A stretch of DNA of 64,000 nucleotides from an uncultured delta proteobacterium (GTDB lineage Bacteria > Myxococcota_A > Polyangia > Polyangiales > B10-G4), in NCBI GenBank assembly GCA_963727445.1, contig CAVSGI010000010.1, positions 800,001 to 864,000 on the forward strand, read 5' to 3'. The translations under genes and the position numbers were made by a program. The notes under the pieces are model-generated. The model was not told the origin of the DNA. It saw only the letters and a program-made list of their open reading frames with translations, and searched no databases. The stretch's first letter is position 1; each line of letters opens with the position of its first letter. Of this stretch, positions 20,139 to 29,428 are shown in pieces.

Positions 20139-21725
20139 GTGGCCCGCACAGGCAGAGCGGCGTCGTGCGCGGTCGTCGCAGCGTTGGTGCTCGTCGCTGG
20201 CTGTTCTGGCGAGAGCGCCGTCTACGTGGTGATCGATGCGCAGGATCTCGGGCGCGTGCGCGCGAGCGTCTTGTCGGTCCGAGCCTTCGGGCCCGACGGA
20301 GAAGCGATGCTCGACGTGGCTCGCTTCTCCCTCGACGAAGAACCGCTGCCGCGAGTCATTCGGCTCGTCCCGTCGGCTGGAGACGCGTCACGCCGCTGGG
20401 CCGTCGTCGCGCAGCTCGAGCGAGAGGACGGGACGGTCGCGAACGAGAACCGCCTGGTCGGCGGATTCGTTCAGGGGGCGACGCGATACGCGCTCCTGTG
20501 TGTGGAGGACTCGTGCCTGGGCGCGGTGTGCAGTGGCGCTCCCGACGGGTGCGATCCGAGCGACCCCGGGGCGGACTGCCTGGGCTGTAGCGACGGGCTC
20601 TGTTCCTTGATCGAAGCGGAGCTCCTGCTGGACGGCGCCGGCATTCGCTGCCCGCCGCGGCCCCCACCCCCCGAAGCGATGTGCGGCGACGCGGTCGACA
20701 ACGACGCGGATGGGCTGACCGACTGTGACGACGACGACTGCGAGCGCCAGCCGTGTAGCCCGGAGGGCAACGCCTGCGTCGGCGGCGAGTGCGTCTGCCT
20801 CGACGAGCCGACTGAGACGAACTGCGGCGATGGCCTCGACGAAGACTGCAACGGCGCCATCGATTGCGCTGACACGCAGTGTGAAGGCATGCCCTGCGAC
20901 GACGGCCTCGCCTGCACGACGGGGGAGGTTTGCACGGATGGGGTCTGCGCTGGTTCGCCCACGGATTGCGACGACGGCATCGCCTGCACCGTGGACCGCT
21001 GCGACGACGACCGCGGCTGTGTCAACACGCCGAACGACGTGCTGTGCGACGACTCCCTCGACTGCACGACCGACGTGTGCAGCGCGACCGACGGCTGCGT
21101 GATCGCCCCGGACGCGAGTCGGTGCGACGACCACGTCGACTGCACTGTGGACGCGTGCATGCCGGGAATGGGGTGTGTTCAGACGCCCAACAACGGCCTC
21201 TGTGCCTCCGACCAGTGCAACGACGGCATCTGTTTCGCCACCGGCTGTCAGAAGGTCCCCCACGCCGGCACCTGTGAAGACGGCGACCCTTGCACCATCA
21301 ACGACCAATGCTCGGGTGGGAGCTGCGCCGGCTCCCCCAAGGACTGCAGCGATCCCGATCCCTGCACCGACGACTATTGCCTCGGCACTGGCGAGTGCCA
21401 GCACGCCCCCCGTCCAGAGGGGAGCTCGTGCGGTACCGAGCGAGTCTGCTGTGGCGGCAACTGCACGTGGATGGGAGACGACCAGAATTGCGGTGGCTGC
21501 CGGCAGGATTGCCGCGGCGGCCTTCCCTGCTTCCGAGTCCCAGGCGTCTCGGGGCGGTTTCACTGCAACTGTGACGGACCCACCGCCGACTGCCCCAATG
21601 GGCAGACGTGCATCATGCCCGGCGACGAAACGAGGTATCGCTGTGCCTGCTTGGACGACAGCGAGTGTCGTTACGGCACCTGCAACAGGAACCCGGGCAC
21701 CTTCAACTACTGCGAGTTCAACTGA
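20139..21725 (+). CDS. Lipoprotein with Cys/Asp-rich repeats (CDDGxACTxDxC, DGxDxDCxG)
   Basis: LVAGC lipobox; multiple CDDxxxCTxDxC repeats. Confidence 0.82.
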   Translation: MARTGRAASCAVVAALVLVAGCSGESAVYVVIDAQDLGRVRASVLSVRAFGPDGEAMLDVARFSLDEEPLPRVIRLVPSAGDASRRWAVVAQLEREDGTVANENRLVGGFVQGATRYALLCVEDSCLGAVCSGAPDGCDPSDPGADCLGCSDGLCSLIEAELLLDGAGIRCPPRPPPPEAMCGDAVDNDADGLTDCDDDDCERQPCSPEGNACVGGECVCLDEPTETNCGDGLDEDCNGAIDCADTQCEGMPCDDGLACTTGEVCTDGVCAGSPTDCDDGIACTVDRCDDDRGCVNTPNDVLCDDSLDCTTDVCSATDGCVIAPDASRCDDHVDCTVDACMPGMGCVQTPNNGLCASDQCNDGICFATGCQKVPHAGTCEDGDPCTINDQCSGGSCAGSPKDCSDPDPCTDDYCLGTGECQHAPRPEGSSCGTERVCCGGNCTWMGDDQNCGGCRQDCRGGLPCFRVPGVSGRFHCNCDGPTADCPNGQTCIMPGDETRYRCACLDDSECRYGTCNRNPGTFNYCEFN

Positions 21726-21726
21726 C

Positions 21727-23298
21727 TCATCGCCGCATGGACGAGGCGTTGTCGAAGAGGTCGAGCCCGGCGGCGCGGCCGGTGCGTACGCGAACCATGC
21801 CCGTCGAATCCATCGCCGGTGGTGCTTCTGCGGTTTCGGTCGTGCGCGTCATGCGTGCGCTGCCGCGTCGTTGACGCATCCCGGTCGCGGGCGCGGCTGG
21901 CTGGGCGATCGGTGGCGGGTCCTCGTTCTCGATCTCCGTCGTGCTCGCCACGTCTTCTTCGGGCGGCGCGGCCGCGACGACGGGCGCCGTCTCTGCGCTC
22001 TGCGAGGCGGTGGGCGGGGACTGTGCTGCGGGCATCGGTGCGGCCGGGGCGGCGGGTGGATCGTCCGGGCTCGCCGACAGGGACGCGGCGACGATCCCCA
22101 CCAGGGCGACTGTGACGATCGCCGCGGTGGCGACGACGACCCAACCCCGCCTCGGCGGCTTTGGTTCCTCCGTGGGGAGGACGCGCGCCTCGGTCTCGAC
22201 GTCGAGGATCATCGTCGGCACGTCCGCCTTGGGCTTGTCGGCGAAGGTGATGGCCATCGTGGGCAGCTGGGTGACATCGGGCTCCTCGAGCGACGGAGCC
22301 TCCACGTCGATGTCCGGAAGGGTGCGGATGTCGGGGCTCCCGACCGCTTCGCGAATTCTCGCCTCGAGCTGCACGATGCGCTCCGGCCGCAGCGCCTTCA
22401 CGTACCCCTCGACCTCGCCGAGCGCGCCAGTCCCGTACACGCCACGCAGCGCCTCGGCCATGTCCCGGGCCGTCTCGTAGCGTTCGTCCACCGGCCTCTT
22501 CAGCGCTCGGTCGATGGCCTTCGCCAGCGTGGGATCGATGTCCTCTCGAACCTGATCGAGCGACGGGATGGGCCCAGAGCGGACCGCGCCGATCGTGTTT
22601 ATCGGCGTGTCCCGCGCGAAGAGTCGACAGCCAGCGAGCATCTCCCAGCCCACGACGCCGAGGGCGAAGACGTCCGAGCGACGATCGAGGATCTCTCCCC
22701 TCGACTGCTCTGGGGAGAAGTAGGCGAACTTGCCTTTGACCTTGCCGTGCTCGGTCTCGGTCATCCGGGCCTGGGTCGCGTGGGCGATGCCGAAGTCGGT
22801 GAGGCGTGTGCGACCTTCAGCCCCGATCAGGAGGTTCTGGGGCGAGACGTCGCGGTGGACGAGGCCCAGGAGCTGACCGCCCGCCGTACGCGCCTCGTGC
22901 GCGTCGTGAAGCCCCTGCGCGGCCTGCGCCAGGATGTCGACGCACACCTCCGGCGGCATCGGAACTCTTCGCTTTCGAGCGACGGCGCGGAGCTCCGAGA
23001 GCGAGAGGCCGAGGACGAGGTCCATCACGATGAAGAGCGCGCCGTCCTCGGTTCGTCCGATGTCGAGGGTCGAGACGACGTGGGCGCTCGAGACGTTGGC
23101 AGCGACGCGCGCCTCGTCCAGGAACATCGAGACGAACTCGGGATCGTCCGCGAGGTGCGGAAGCATCCGCTTGATGGCTACGAGCTTCTCGAAGCCGCCC
23201 TCGCCGCGAACGCGCCCGGCGAAGACTTCGGCCATTCCTCCGGACGCGATGCGGAAGAGTGCTTCGTAACGCCCGAATTTTCGGGCCGATTCACCCAT
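21727..23298 (-). CDS. Ser/Thr protein kinase with TM helix
   Basis: IASGGMAEV, VAIK, HRDVSPQN, DFG, YFSPE, DVFALG. Confidence 0.95.
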   Translation of the reverse strand: MGESARKFGRYEALFRIASGGMAEVFAGRVRGEGGFEKLVAIKRMLPHLADDPEFVSMFLDEARVAANVSSAHVVSTLDIGRTEDGALFIVMDLVLGLSLSELRAVARKRRVPMPPEVCVDILAQAAQGLHDAHEARTAGGQLLGLVHRDVSPQNLLIGAEGRTRLTDFGIAHATQARMTETEHGKVKGKFAYFSPEQSRGEILDRRSDVFALGVVGWEMLAGCRLFARDTPINTIGAVRSGPIPSLDQVREDIDPTLAKAIDRALKRPVDERYETARDMAEALRGVYGTGALGEVEGYVKALRPERIVQLEARIREAVGSPDIRTLPDIDVEAPSLEEPDVTQLPTMAITFADKPKADVPTMILDVETEARVLPTEEPKPPRRGWVVVATAAIVTVALVGIVAASLSASPDDPPAAPAAPMPAAQSPPTASQSAETAPVVAAAPPEEDVASTTEIENEDPPPIAQPAAPATGMRQRRGSARMTRTTETAEAPPAMDSTGMVRVRTGRAAGLDLFDNASSMRR

Positions 23299-23341
23299 GA
23301 CGTCCCCAGGAGGGTATCACGCGCCAGAGATCGATGTCCGC

Positions 23342-24556
23342 TCACCTGAGCCCGTACTTCTTGGCGAGTGCCAGGAGGTGGTGCCGAACGATGCCGGCCT
23401 CGCGGGCGGCCGCCGAGAGGTTGTCGTCGTGGCGCTCGAGGAGGTTTCGGAGGTACTCGCGCTCGAAGGCGGCCATCACCCGGTCCTTGGCGTCCTTGAA
23501 CGACGCCGCTTCCGTTGGAGCGGCGGGCGCGATGTACCGTGGCTCCCCGTCGTCCGGCATGCGGCTCGTCAGGATCGCCCCCTCGACGAGCGAGCGGAGC
23601 TCACGAACGTTGCCCGGGAGCTCGTGGGCACGGAGCCGCAGGGTCTCGGCGGCGCTCAGCGCGACGTCGCCGGCCTGGTGCACGCCCGCGGCGATCGCAC
23701 GCACGATCGCCGAGACGTCCTCTGGTCGCTCTCGGAGTGGCGGGATCACGATGCGCACTCCGGCGAGGTGGAAGAACAGCTCCCGTGGGAGCGCACCCCG
23801 TTCGAGGAGCATCCGGGTGTCGGTTCCGCTCGTGCTGAGCGTTCGGACGTCGCGACCGTCCCGTTCGGCGGCGTCGAGCGCCGCGAGGAGAGCGAGCGCC
23901 GCGTCGCGGTGGAGTAGATCGATGCGCTCGAGAAGGAGCGTTCCGCCGGAGGCTGTTTGCACGGCGCGGTCGATCGCGATCGGGTCGGGGGATGCGGCGA
24001 AGTCGAGGACCACGACCTCGGTATCGGAACGCGGCGACGCAGCGTGGATCGCCGCGGCCGCCGCCGTCTTGCCCACCCCGGGCTCACCTTCGATGAGGAC
24101 CGACACATCGGTCGGCGCGACCCGCGACATGAGCCCGAAGAGAGACCGCATGGCTCGACTCGTGCCGACCATGGCGCCGAATGCCTCCCGCTCCTCGCTC
24201 ACGGCGGGTGCGGGCAGGTCATCGGGCAGAATTTCGATCCGCGTTTCACCCATGCGGATGACCGCGGGCGGCTGGAGCACCGCCGCCGAGATCTGCGTCG
24301 TGCCGGCGTAGGTGCCGTTGGTCGAGCCGAGGTCGCGGACGCCGATCCCTCGCCGTGTCATGGCGAGCTCCACGTGAGCACGCGACACGCGACCATCGGT
24401 GAGGCGCAGGTCGGCGCCGGCGCCAGTGCCGATGAGGAGCGTGCCCTGGGCCAGGGACTGGGTAGCGCCGGCGTCAGGACCAGAGGCGACTCGGATCTGG
24501 ACGCGCTTCAGAACGAGGTTCCCCCCGGCGTCGGTGCCGTAGACCTCGGTGCCCAT
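23342..24556 (-). CDS. FHA - sigma54-interaction-like AAA+ - Fis HTH transcriptional regulator
   Basis: VSRAH...DLGSTNGT FHA; GEPGVGK Walker A; PPLRER, LPGNVREL; NLSAAAREAGI HTH. Confidence 0.87.
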   Translation of the reverse strand: MGTEVYGTDAGGNLVLKRVQIRVASGPDAGATQSLAQGTLLIGTGAGADLRLTDGRVSRAHVELAMTRRGIGVRDLGSTNGTYAGTTQISAAVLQPPAVIRMGETRIEILPDDLPAPAVSEEREAFGAMVGTSRAMRSLFGLMSRVAPTDVSVLIEGEPGVGKTAAAAAIHAASPRSDTEVVVLDFAASPDPIAIDRAVQTASGGTLLLERIDLLHRDAALALLAALDAAERDGRDVRTLSTSGTDTRMLLERGALPRELFFHLAGVRIVIPPLRERPEDVSAIVRAIAAGVHQAGDVALSAAETLRLRAHELPGNVRELRSLVEGAILTSRMPDDGEPRYIAPAAPTEAASFKDAKDRVMAAFEREYLRNLLERHDDNLSAAAREAGIVRHHLLALAKKYGLR

Positions 24557-25287
24557 CAGATCTCGGCCGTCGCGTTGAAGGGCACGCTCTCCTGCGACGT
24601 GAGCACCACCACGAGGATCACCACGCCCACCGTGACGAGGGCACCGCCACCCGCGAAGACCCACCACGGTATGCCGCCCGAGTCGGCCTCGAGGGTGACG
24701 TCGAGGGAGAGATGCTGTCCGGGATAGAGCCGTCCCTCCCACGCGTAGCGTCCTTGGCTCTCGCTCTCGACGAGCACGCGACGCTGTCCCTCGTTGGCTT
24801 CGATGGTGTAGGGCGGGCCGGAGACGACGCCGCCACGGCCGTCGACGCGCACGGTGATCGGCGCGGCTGCCCTCGGGATGCCCGCCAGCTCGAGGACGGC
24901 GACCCGCGCAGCGACCTCACGGTGCATCTCCTCCGCCGCAGGGCGGAGGTCGTCGGGCAGCTCGTCACCATGCCGAGCCTCGAGCGCTTCGAACACGGCT
25001 TTGGCTTCGACGTTCTGCCCGAGCGCACGTAGCGAGAGCGCCACGTTGTAGAGCGCGACCGAGTTGCCGGTGAGCTCGTAGCATTCCCGGAACACGTCGA
25101 GTGCGTCGGCCCACCGCGCGTCTTCGATGTGCGACAGACCGGTCTCGAAGAGTGTCCGAGCGCGCTCGACGTCGGCGTCGCTCGGCGTCCCGGTCTGCAC
25201 GGTGGGGACCTGTGCGCGGCCGACCATGCTCGTCCCCGAGATGGCGAAGAGGATCGCCGAGCCCAGGAGCAGATGCGTGCACCGCAT
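24556..25287 (-). CDS. TPR/PEGA-like exported membrane protein
   Basis: ARTLFETG..ALDVFRECY, ALYNVA; VRVDG; PWW plus TM segment. Confidence 0.8.
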   Translation of the reverse strand: MRCTHLLLGSAILFAISGTSMVGRAQVPTVQTGTPSDADVERARTLFETGLSHIEDARWADALDVFRECYELTGNSVALYNVALSLRALGQNVEAKAVFEALEARHGDELPDDLRPAAEEMHREVAARVAVLELAGIPRAAAPITVRVDGRGGVVSGPPYTIEANEGQRRVLVESESQGRYAWEGRLYPGQHLSLDVTLEADSGGIPWWVFAGGGALVTVGVVILVVVLTSQESVPFNATAEI

Positions 25288-25306
25288 ACAGCCAGCATAC
25301 ACCTGG

Positions 25307-27619
25307 TCAGCTGCGACGGCGGCGTCGCATTCGGCCGAGGGACAGCAGGATGAGGGCGACCCAGGACGCGAGCGGGGCCTCGAGACGCTCGCCCGTCCCC
25401 ACGACGTCACACCCACCCGGCAGGTTGCGTGCGACGGGCGGCTCGCCGATGGCGCCGTCAGCGCGGCCCCCACCGTCGGCCGTCTCCGGCGGCGCTTCGC
25501 CGCTCGGCTCTGGGCCGACGATCTCCACGTCGTCGAAGAAGGCCGCGTCGTCGAGGGAGCCCAGACCCGCGCGCCCCTCGCTCAACACGTCGTCGTGCGC
25601 CGTCGCCACGACCGCCCCGTCCAGCGTCATCGTGAGCGCCTCACCTTCGCGGGCGAAACCTACCGCGTGAAACGCGTCGCCGACGGCGATGGCGCCGCTG
25701 GCGTTGGCGAGCAGCGTATCGCTTCCTCCAAGGACGCGGTGGATCCCGGCCACCGCTTCGTCCGCGGTGTAGGCCGCGTAATAGTAGCCTCCATCGCCGT
25801 AGCCGAGGACCAGTACGAAGTCGGCGTCGGGCGCGTCGCGGAAGGTGCGCGCAGCCGCGGTGATCGAACCGTCCGCCAGCGGTGCGGTGTCCGCCAGGCT
25901 CATCGCGCCGACCAGGCCGGGCGCCGTGCCCTGGTGAAGCTTCGTCGCGAGCCAATACCGCGCGTCGGCGTCGACGTCGACGACCGCCCAACGCTCGGGG
26001 TCGTCCTCCACGAAGCGCCCGCGGCTTCCGAAGGCCGTGGGCGCGAACTCGGCGCTCCGCGCCTCGATCGCGAGGCGCCTGTGAAGCTGCGCGCGATACA
26101 GGTTCGAAGGCGTGAGGGGGTCGACCGACTCGATCCATCGCCGCACCGGGCTGTCGCGTTCCTCGACGCCGTGCGCGAGCCGGCCGACGACGTTGGTCTG
26201 CACCTCGTCCCACGGCGGCGAATGGAGCGCATGGCCGAAGCCCCAGAACGTCCCGCGGGCGCCGGACTGAACGCCGCACGCGAGGCCCCCGCTCAGGTAG
26301 TCGTACGTCCCGGGGATGTCGGTGAACAGGTTTTCGAGTGGTGCGGCGTGGCCATGGTGATCGAGGGAGAGCCCATCGGGATCGGCGCTTCGGACGTTCG
26401 CGAAGACGCTCCCCACGGTCTCGTCAGTCGCGGTCAATTCGTGGATGAAGTCCGCGTCGATGTCCACGTTCTGAATGAGGCTGTCGACGCCGGCGGTGAT
26501 CCCGTGGTGACCGCTGTGGCGGTCCGCGGGGACGTAGCCGAAGGGCGGATCGGTCCAGATCACTTCGGAAGGCCCGAGTCGATCGCCGTGGATCCGTACC
26601 CCTTCGACCGTCACGTTCTTCGATTTGTTGAGGAAGATCCCGCTGTCCGCGTTCTCGATCCGCACGTCGCGGATCCAGGCGTCGACCACCAGGGGCTCCT
26701 CGCCGAAGTCGATGGCGTTGTAGCCGAGCTCGTGGTGGTGCCCTCCGTAGGGGCCGCTCTCGAACTCGATCGCCAGGTGCTCCACGCCGATCTCGCGAAT
26801 GGGCACCATCCGCAGGACGAGCGGCGACCACGCGCGACGGACGTCGAGGCGCAGCGGTTGATCGAGCACGATGCGGCGCTCCTCGACCGCGGCGATCCGT
26901 ACCGGCCACCAGAGGCTTCCTTCGCAGCGGCTCGCCGACGCCTGCTCCGCGTAGAGCGTGCTCGCGAGTGAATGCGCCCCGTCGTCGGAGAGCTTCAGGA
27001 CCACGAAGTCGCCGGGCGCGAGGCCCTCCGTCGTCTCGAGGGAGAGGACGCGGTCCCCCCGCGCCGCGCCGCTGGTTACCGGAATGCGTCCCATCTGCAT
27101 GCGGGTCTCGGCCGCGATGAAGCCACCCTTGTAGCTCCACTTGAGCGTGCCCGAATCGCTGTACTCGGCGCCGCGCACGTTTCGGAGGTTCGTGTCGATC
27201 GCGAGGATCGTTTCCCGCGGCCCCTCTCCACGGAGGACCACACCGTCGTGGGAGAAGCGAAGGACGTCGCGGACCCGGTAGGTCCCGGCCGGCAACAGGA
27301 CCGCTCCTCCGCCCATCTCACCCGCGGCCCTCATGGCGCGCTGAATCGCTCCGGTGTCGTCGTGCGAGCCGTCGCCACGCGCGCCGTAGGTACGCACGTC
27401 GACGACGACCGGCACCTCGGGGATGGGTAATCGGCCCGCGTGGTAGCCGGCATAGGAAAAGTCTGGGAGGCGCCCGCGCGGGTCCCAACGTTCGCCGGCG
27501 CGGCCCCAGAGCGCCGACTCGTCGGCAGCGGCAGGGACCGAGACGCTCGAGACGACCACGAGGACGAGGGCCAGGACGCCGAGCGCACCGCGGGGGAGCT
27601 TTTCGAGATGACAGGACAT
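25307..27619 (-). CDS. Pectate-lyase-like beta-helix secreted enzyme with C-terminal sorting tail
   Basis: PDFSYAGY, YGARGDGSHDDTGAIQRA, LPAGTY, VVLRGEG; GGC...hydrophobic...RRRRRS tail. Confidence 0.82.
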   Translation of the reverse strand: MSCHLEKLPRGALGVLALVLVVVSSVSVPAAADESALWGRAGERWDPRGRLPDFSYAGYHAGRLPIPEVPVVVDVRTYGARGDGSHDDTGAIQRAMRAAGEMGGGAVLLPAGTYRVRDVLRFSHDGVVLRGEGPRETILAIDTNLRNVRGAEYSDSGTLKWSYKGGFIAAETRMQMGRIPVTSGAARGDRVLSLETTEGLAPGDFVVLKLSDDGAHSLASTLYAEQASASRCEGSLWWPVRIAAVEERRIVLDQPLRLDVRRAWSPLVLRMVPIREIGVEHLAIEFESGPYGGHHHELGYNAIDFGEEPLVVDAWIRDVRIENADSGIFLNKSKNVTVEGVRIHGDRLGPSEVIWTDPPFGYVPADRHSGHHGITAGVDSLIQNVDIDADFIHELTATDETVGSVFANVRSADPDGLSLDHHGHAAPLENLFTDIPGTYDYLSGGLACGVQSGARGTFWGFGHALHSPPWDEVQTNVVGRLAHGVEERDSPVRRWIESVDPLTPSNLYRAQLHRRLAIEARSAEFAPTAFGSRGRFVEDDPERWAVVDVDADARYWLATKLHQGTAPGLVGAMSLADTAPLADGSITAAARTFRDAPDADFVLVLGYGDGGYYYAAYTADEAVAGIHRVLGGSDTLLANASGAIAVGDAFHAVGFAREGEALTMTLDGAVVATAHDDVLSEGRAGLGSLDDAAFFDDVEIVGPEPSGEAPPETADGGGRADGAIGEPPVARNLPGGCDVVGTGERLEAPLASWVALILLSLGRMRRRRRS

Positions 27620-27632
27620 GGGAGGGGCGGCT

Positions 27633-27649
27633 TGCAGGAAGCCCGCCAG
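27633..27649 (-). promoter_or_regulatory. Putative sigma54 promoter
   Basis: Minus strand CTGGCGGGCTTCCTGCA, GG-N10-GC, with ATG 15 nt after the -12 C. Confidence 0.45.
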
Positions 27650-27722
27650 CCATCCCGGGCAGATCCGTCACGGCGGCGCACACCACAGTGTTCGATCGCA
27701 CGACACAAACGCCCACTTCGGT

Positions 27723-27738
27723 CTGGAACGGTCCCTGC
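27723..27738 (+). promoter_or_regulatory. Putative sigma54 promoter
   Basis: CTGGAACGGTCCCTGC, GG-N10-GC, with ATG 27752 14 nt after the -12 C. Confidence 0.45.
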
Positions 27739-27751
27739 GATGGGTCGGGGT

Positions 27752-29428
27752 ATGCGCACGCTCTTGCACCCAACCCCCGTGCTCGAAGTCGTCCTCGGCG
27801 GCGCACTCCTCATCACGGGCTGCGTCGGAACGATCTCCGAGCCCGGCGTGGGTCCCGAGGACCCGCCTGCCCCAGGCACCCCGCCGAACCAGTACACCGA
27901 TGACGGAATCTGCGCCGCCGGCGTCCCTGCCCCCGGACTGACCCGTCTCACTCGCAGCGAGTACGCACGGGCGGTGGAGGATCTGGTCGGTGTGGCGCCG
28001 GACGTCTCCGGCTTCCCTGCCGACGAGGACCCGTCGGGCATCGGCTTCGGCGTGGCCGCGAGCCTGTCTCCTCTGATCCTCGAGCAGTACGCCCACGCGG
28101 CCGAGGGCGTCGCCGCGCTGGCCGTGGCCGACTCTCTCGAAGCGCTCATCGACTGTGACCCCCTGGCCGCCGGCGAGGACGCTTGCGCTGGCCAATTCGT
28201 GGACGACTTCGCCGGCCGTGCGTACCGGCGTCCCCTCGACGCCGAACAGCACGCGCGCCTCCTCGCCGTCTACCGCGCGACGCGAGACGCGGGCGGCAGC
28301 TTCGCCGACGGCATCCGGGTGACGCTCGAGGCGACGCTTCAGTCGCCGTCGTTTCTCTACCGCGTCGAAGGCGAGGCTCCCGGCGGCGCACGGATCGCAC
28401 CGCTCTCCGCCCACGAGCGAGCGACCCGCCTGAGCTTCACCCTCTGGGGAACCACCCCCGACGACGCGCTCCTCGAGGCCGCGGTGCGGGGGGATCTCGC
28501 CACGCCCGACGGAGTCGAGGCCGAGGCACGACGGATGCTCGACGACCCGCGCGGTCATGCTCAGCTGCGCGCGTTCGTGCTCGGCTGGCTCGGTCTGTCG
28601 GGCGCCACCGTCTCGAAGAACGAGGCCGCGTTCGGCGGCATCGATTGGGACGCGACGTGGCCCGAGATGAAGGCCGAGACCTCGCGCTTCGTCGAAGACG
28701 TCCTCTTCGAAGGTCCTGGCACGCTCGAGGCGCTCTTCACTGCGCCCTACACGATCGCGACGCCGCGCACCGCCGCCATCTACGGCGTCACCCAGACCGA
28801 CGACACGCCAGCGCGCCTCGAGCTGGACCCGAATCAGCGCGCTGGGCTGCTCACTCAACCCAGCATCCTCGCCCTCAGCTCCGCCGAGGAGGACACGTCG
28901 CCGGTCCTCCGCGGCAAGCTCGTTCGTGAGCGGCTGCTCTGCCAGGACATGCCGCCTCCGCCGCCGGGCGTGGAGGAGGCGTTTCCCGAGGTCGACCCCA
29001 CGCTCCCGGTGCGCGAGCGCTTCGCCCAGCACGAGGCCGACCCGGCCTGCGCCGGCTGCCATGCGTTGATGGACCCGCTCGGCTTCGCCTTCGAGCAGTA
29101 CGATGCCATCGGGCGGTTCCGCGAAAGAGCGCACGGCCAGGTCATCGACGCTTCGGGCGAGATCACCGGCACCGAAAGCTCGAACACCACCTTCGACGGA
29201 GTCGTCGACCTCGCGCGGATCCTCGGGACGAGCGAGGACGTCCGCCGCTGCGCGGGCACCCAGGCGTATCGCTTCGTGTTTCGCGAGGACGATCCTGGTG
29301 GCTGCGCCCTCGAAGAGGTCCGCGAGGCGTTCGCGTCCTCCGGCCACGACCTCCGCGAGCTCTTCGTCGCGATCGTTCGGTCCGACGCATTCCTGAGCCG
29401 CCAGATCGACGAAGGAGAAGCACCGTGA
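27752..29428 (+). CDS. DUF1592/1588/1587/1595/1585 family protein with CxxCH motif
   Basis: RLTRSEY, RAYRRPL, LQSPSFLYR, TSPVLRG, CAGCH, DPLGFAFEQYD; alternative ATG at 27740. Confidence 0.9.
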   Translation: MRTLLHPTPVLEVVLGGALLITGCVGTISEPGVGPEDPPAPGTPPNQYTDDGICAAGVPAPGLTRLTRSEYARAVEDLVGVAPDVSGFPADEDPSGIGFGVAASLSPLILEQYAHAAEGVAALAVADSLEALIDCDPLAAGEDACAGQFVDDFAGRAYRRPLDAEQHARLLAVYRATRDAGGSFADGIRVTLEATLQSPSFLYRVEGEAPGGARIAPLSAHERATRLSFTLWGTTPDDALLEAAVRGDLATPDGVEAEARRMLDDPRGHAQLRAFVLGWLGLSGATVSKNEAAFGGIDWDATWPEMKAETSRFVEDVLFEGPGTLEALFTAPYTIATPRTAAIYGVTQTDDTPARLELDPNQRAGLLTQPSILALSSAEEDTSPVLRGKLVRERLLCQDMPPPPPGVEEAFPEVDPTLPVRERFAQHEADPACAGCHALMDPLGFAFEQYDAIGRFRERAHGQVIDASGEITGTESSNTTFDGVVDLARILGTSEDVRRCAGTQAYRFVFREDDPGGCALEEVREAFASSGHDLRELFVAIVRSDAFLSRQIDEGEAP

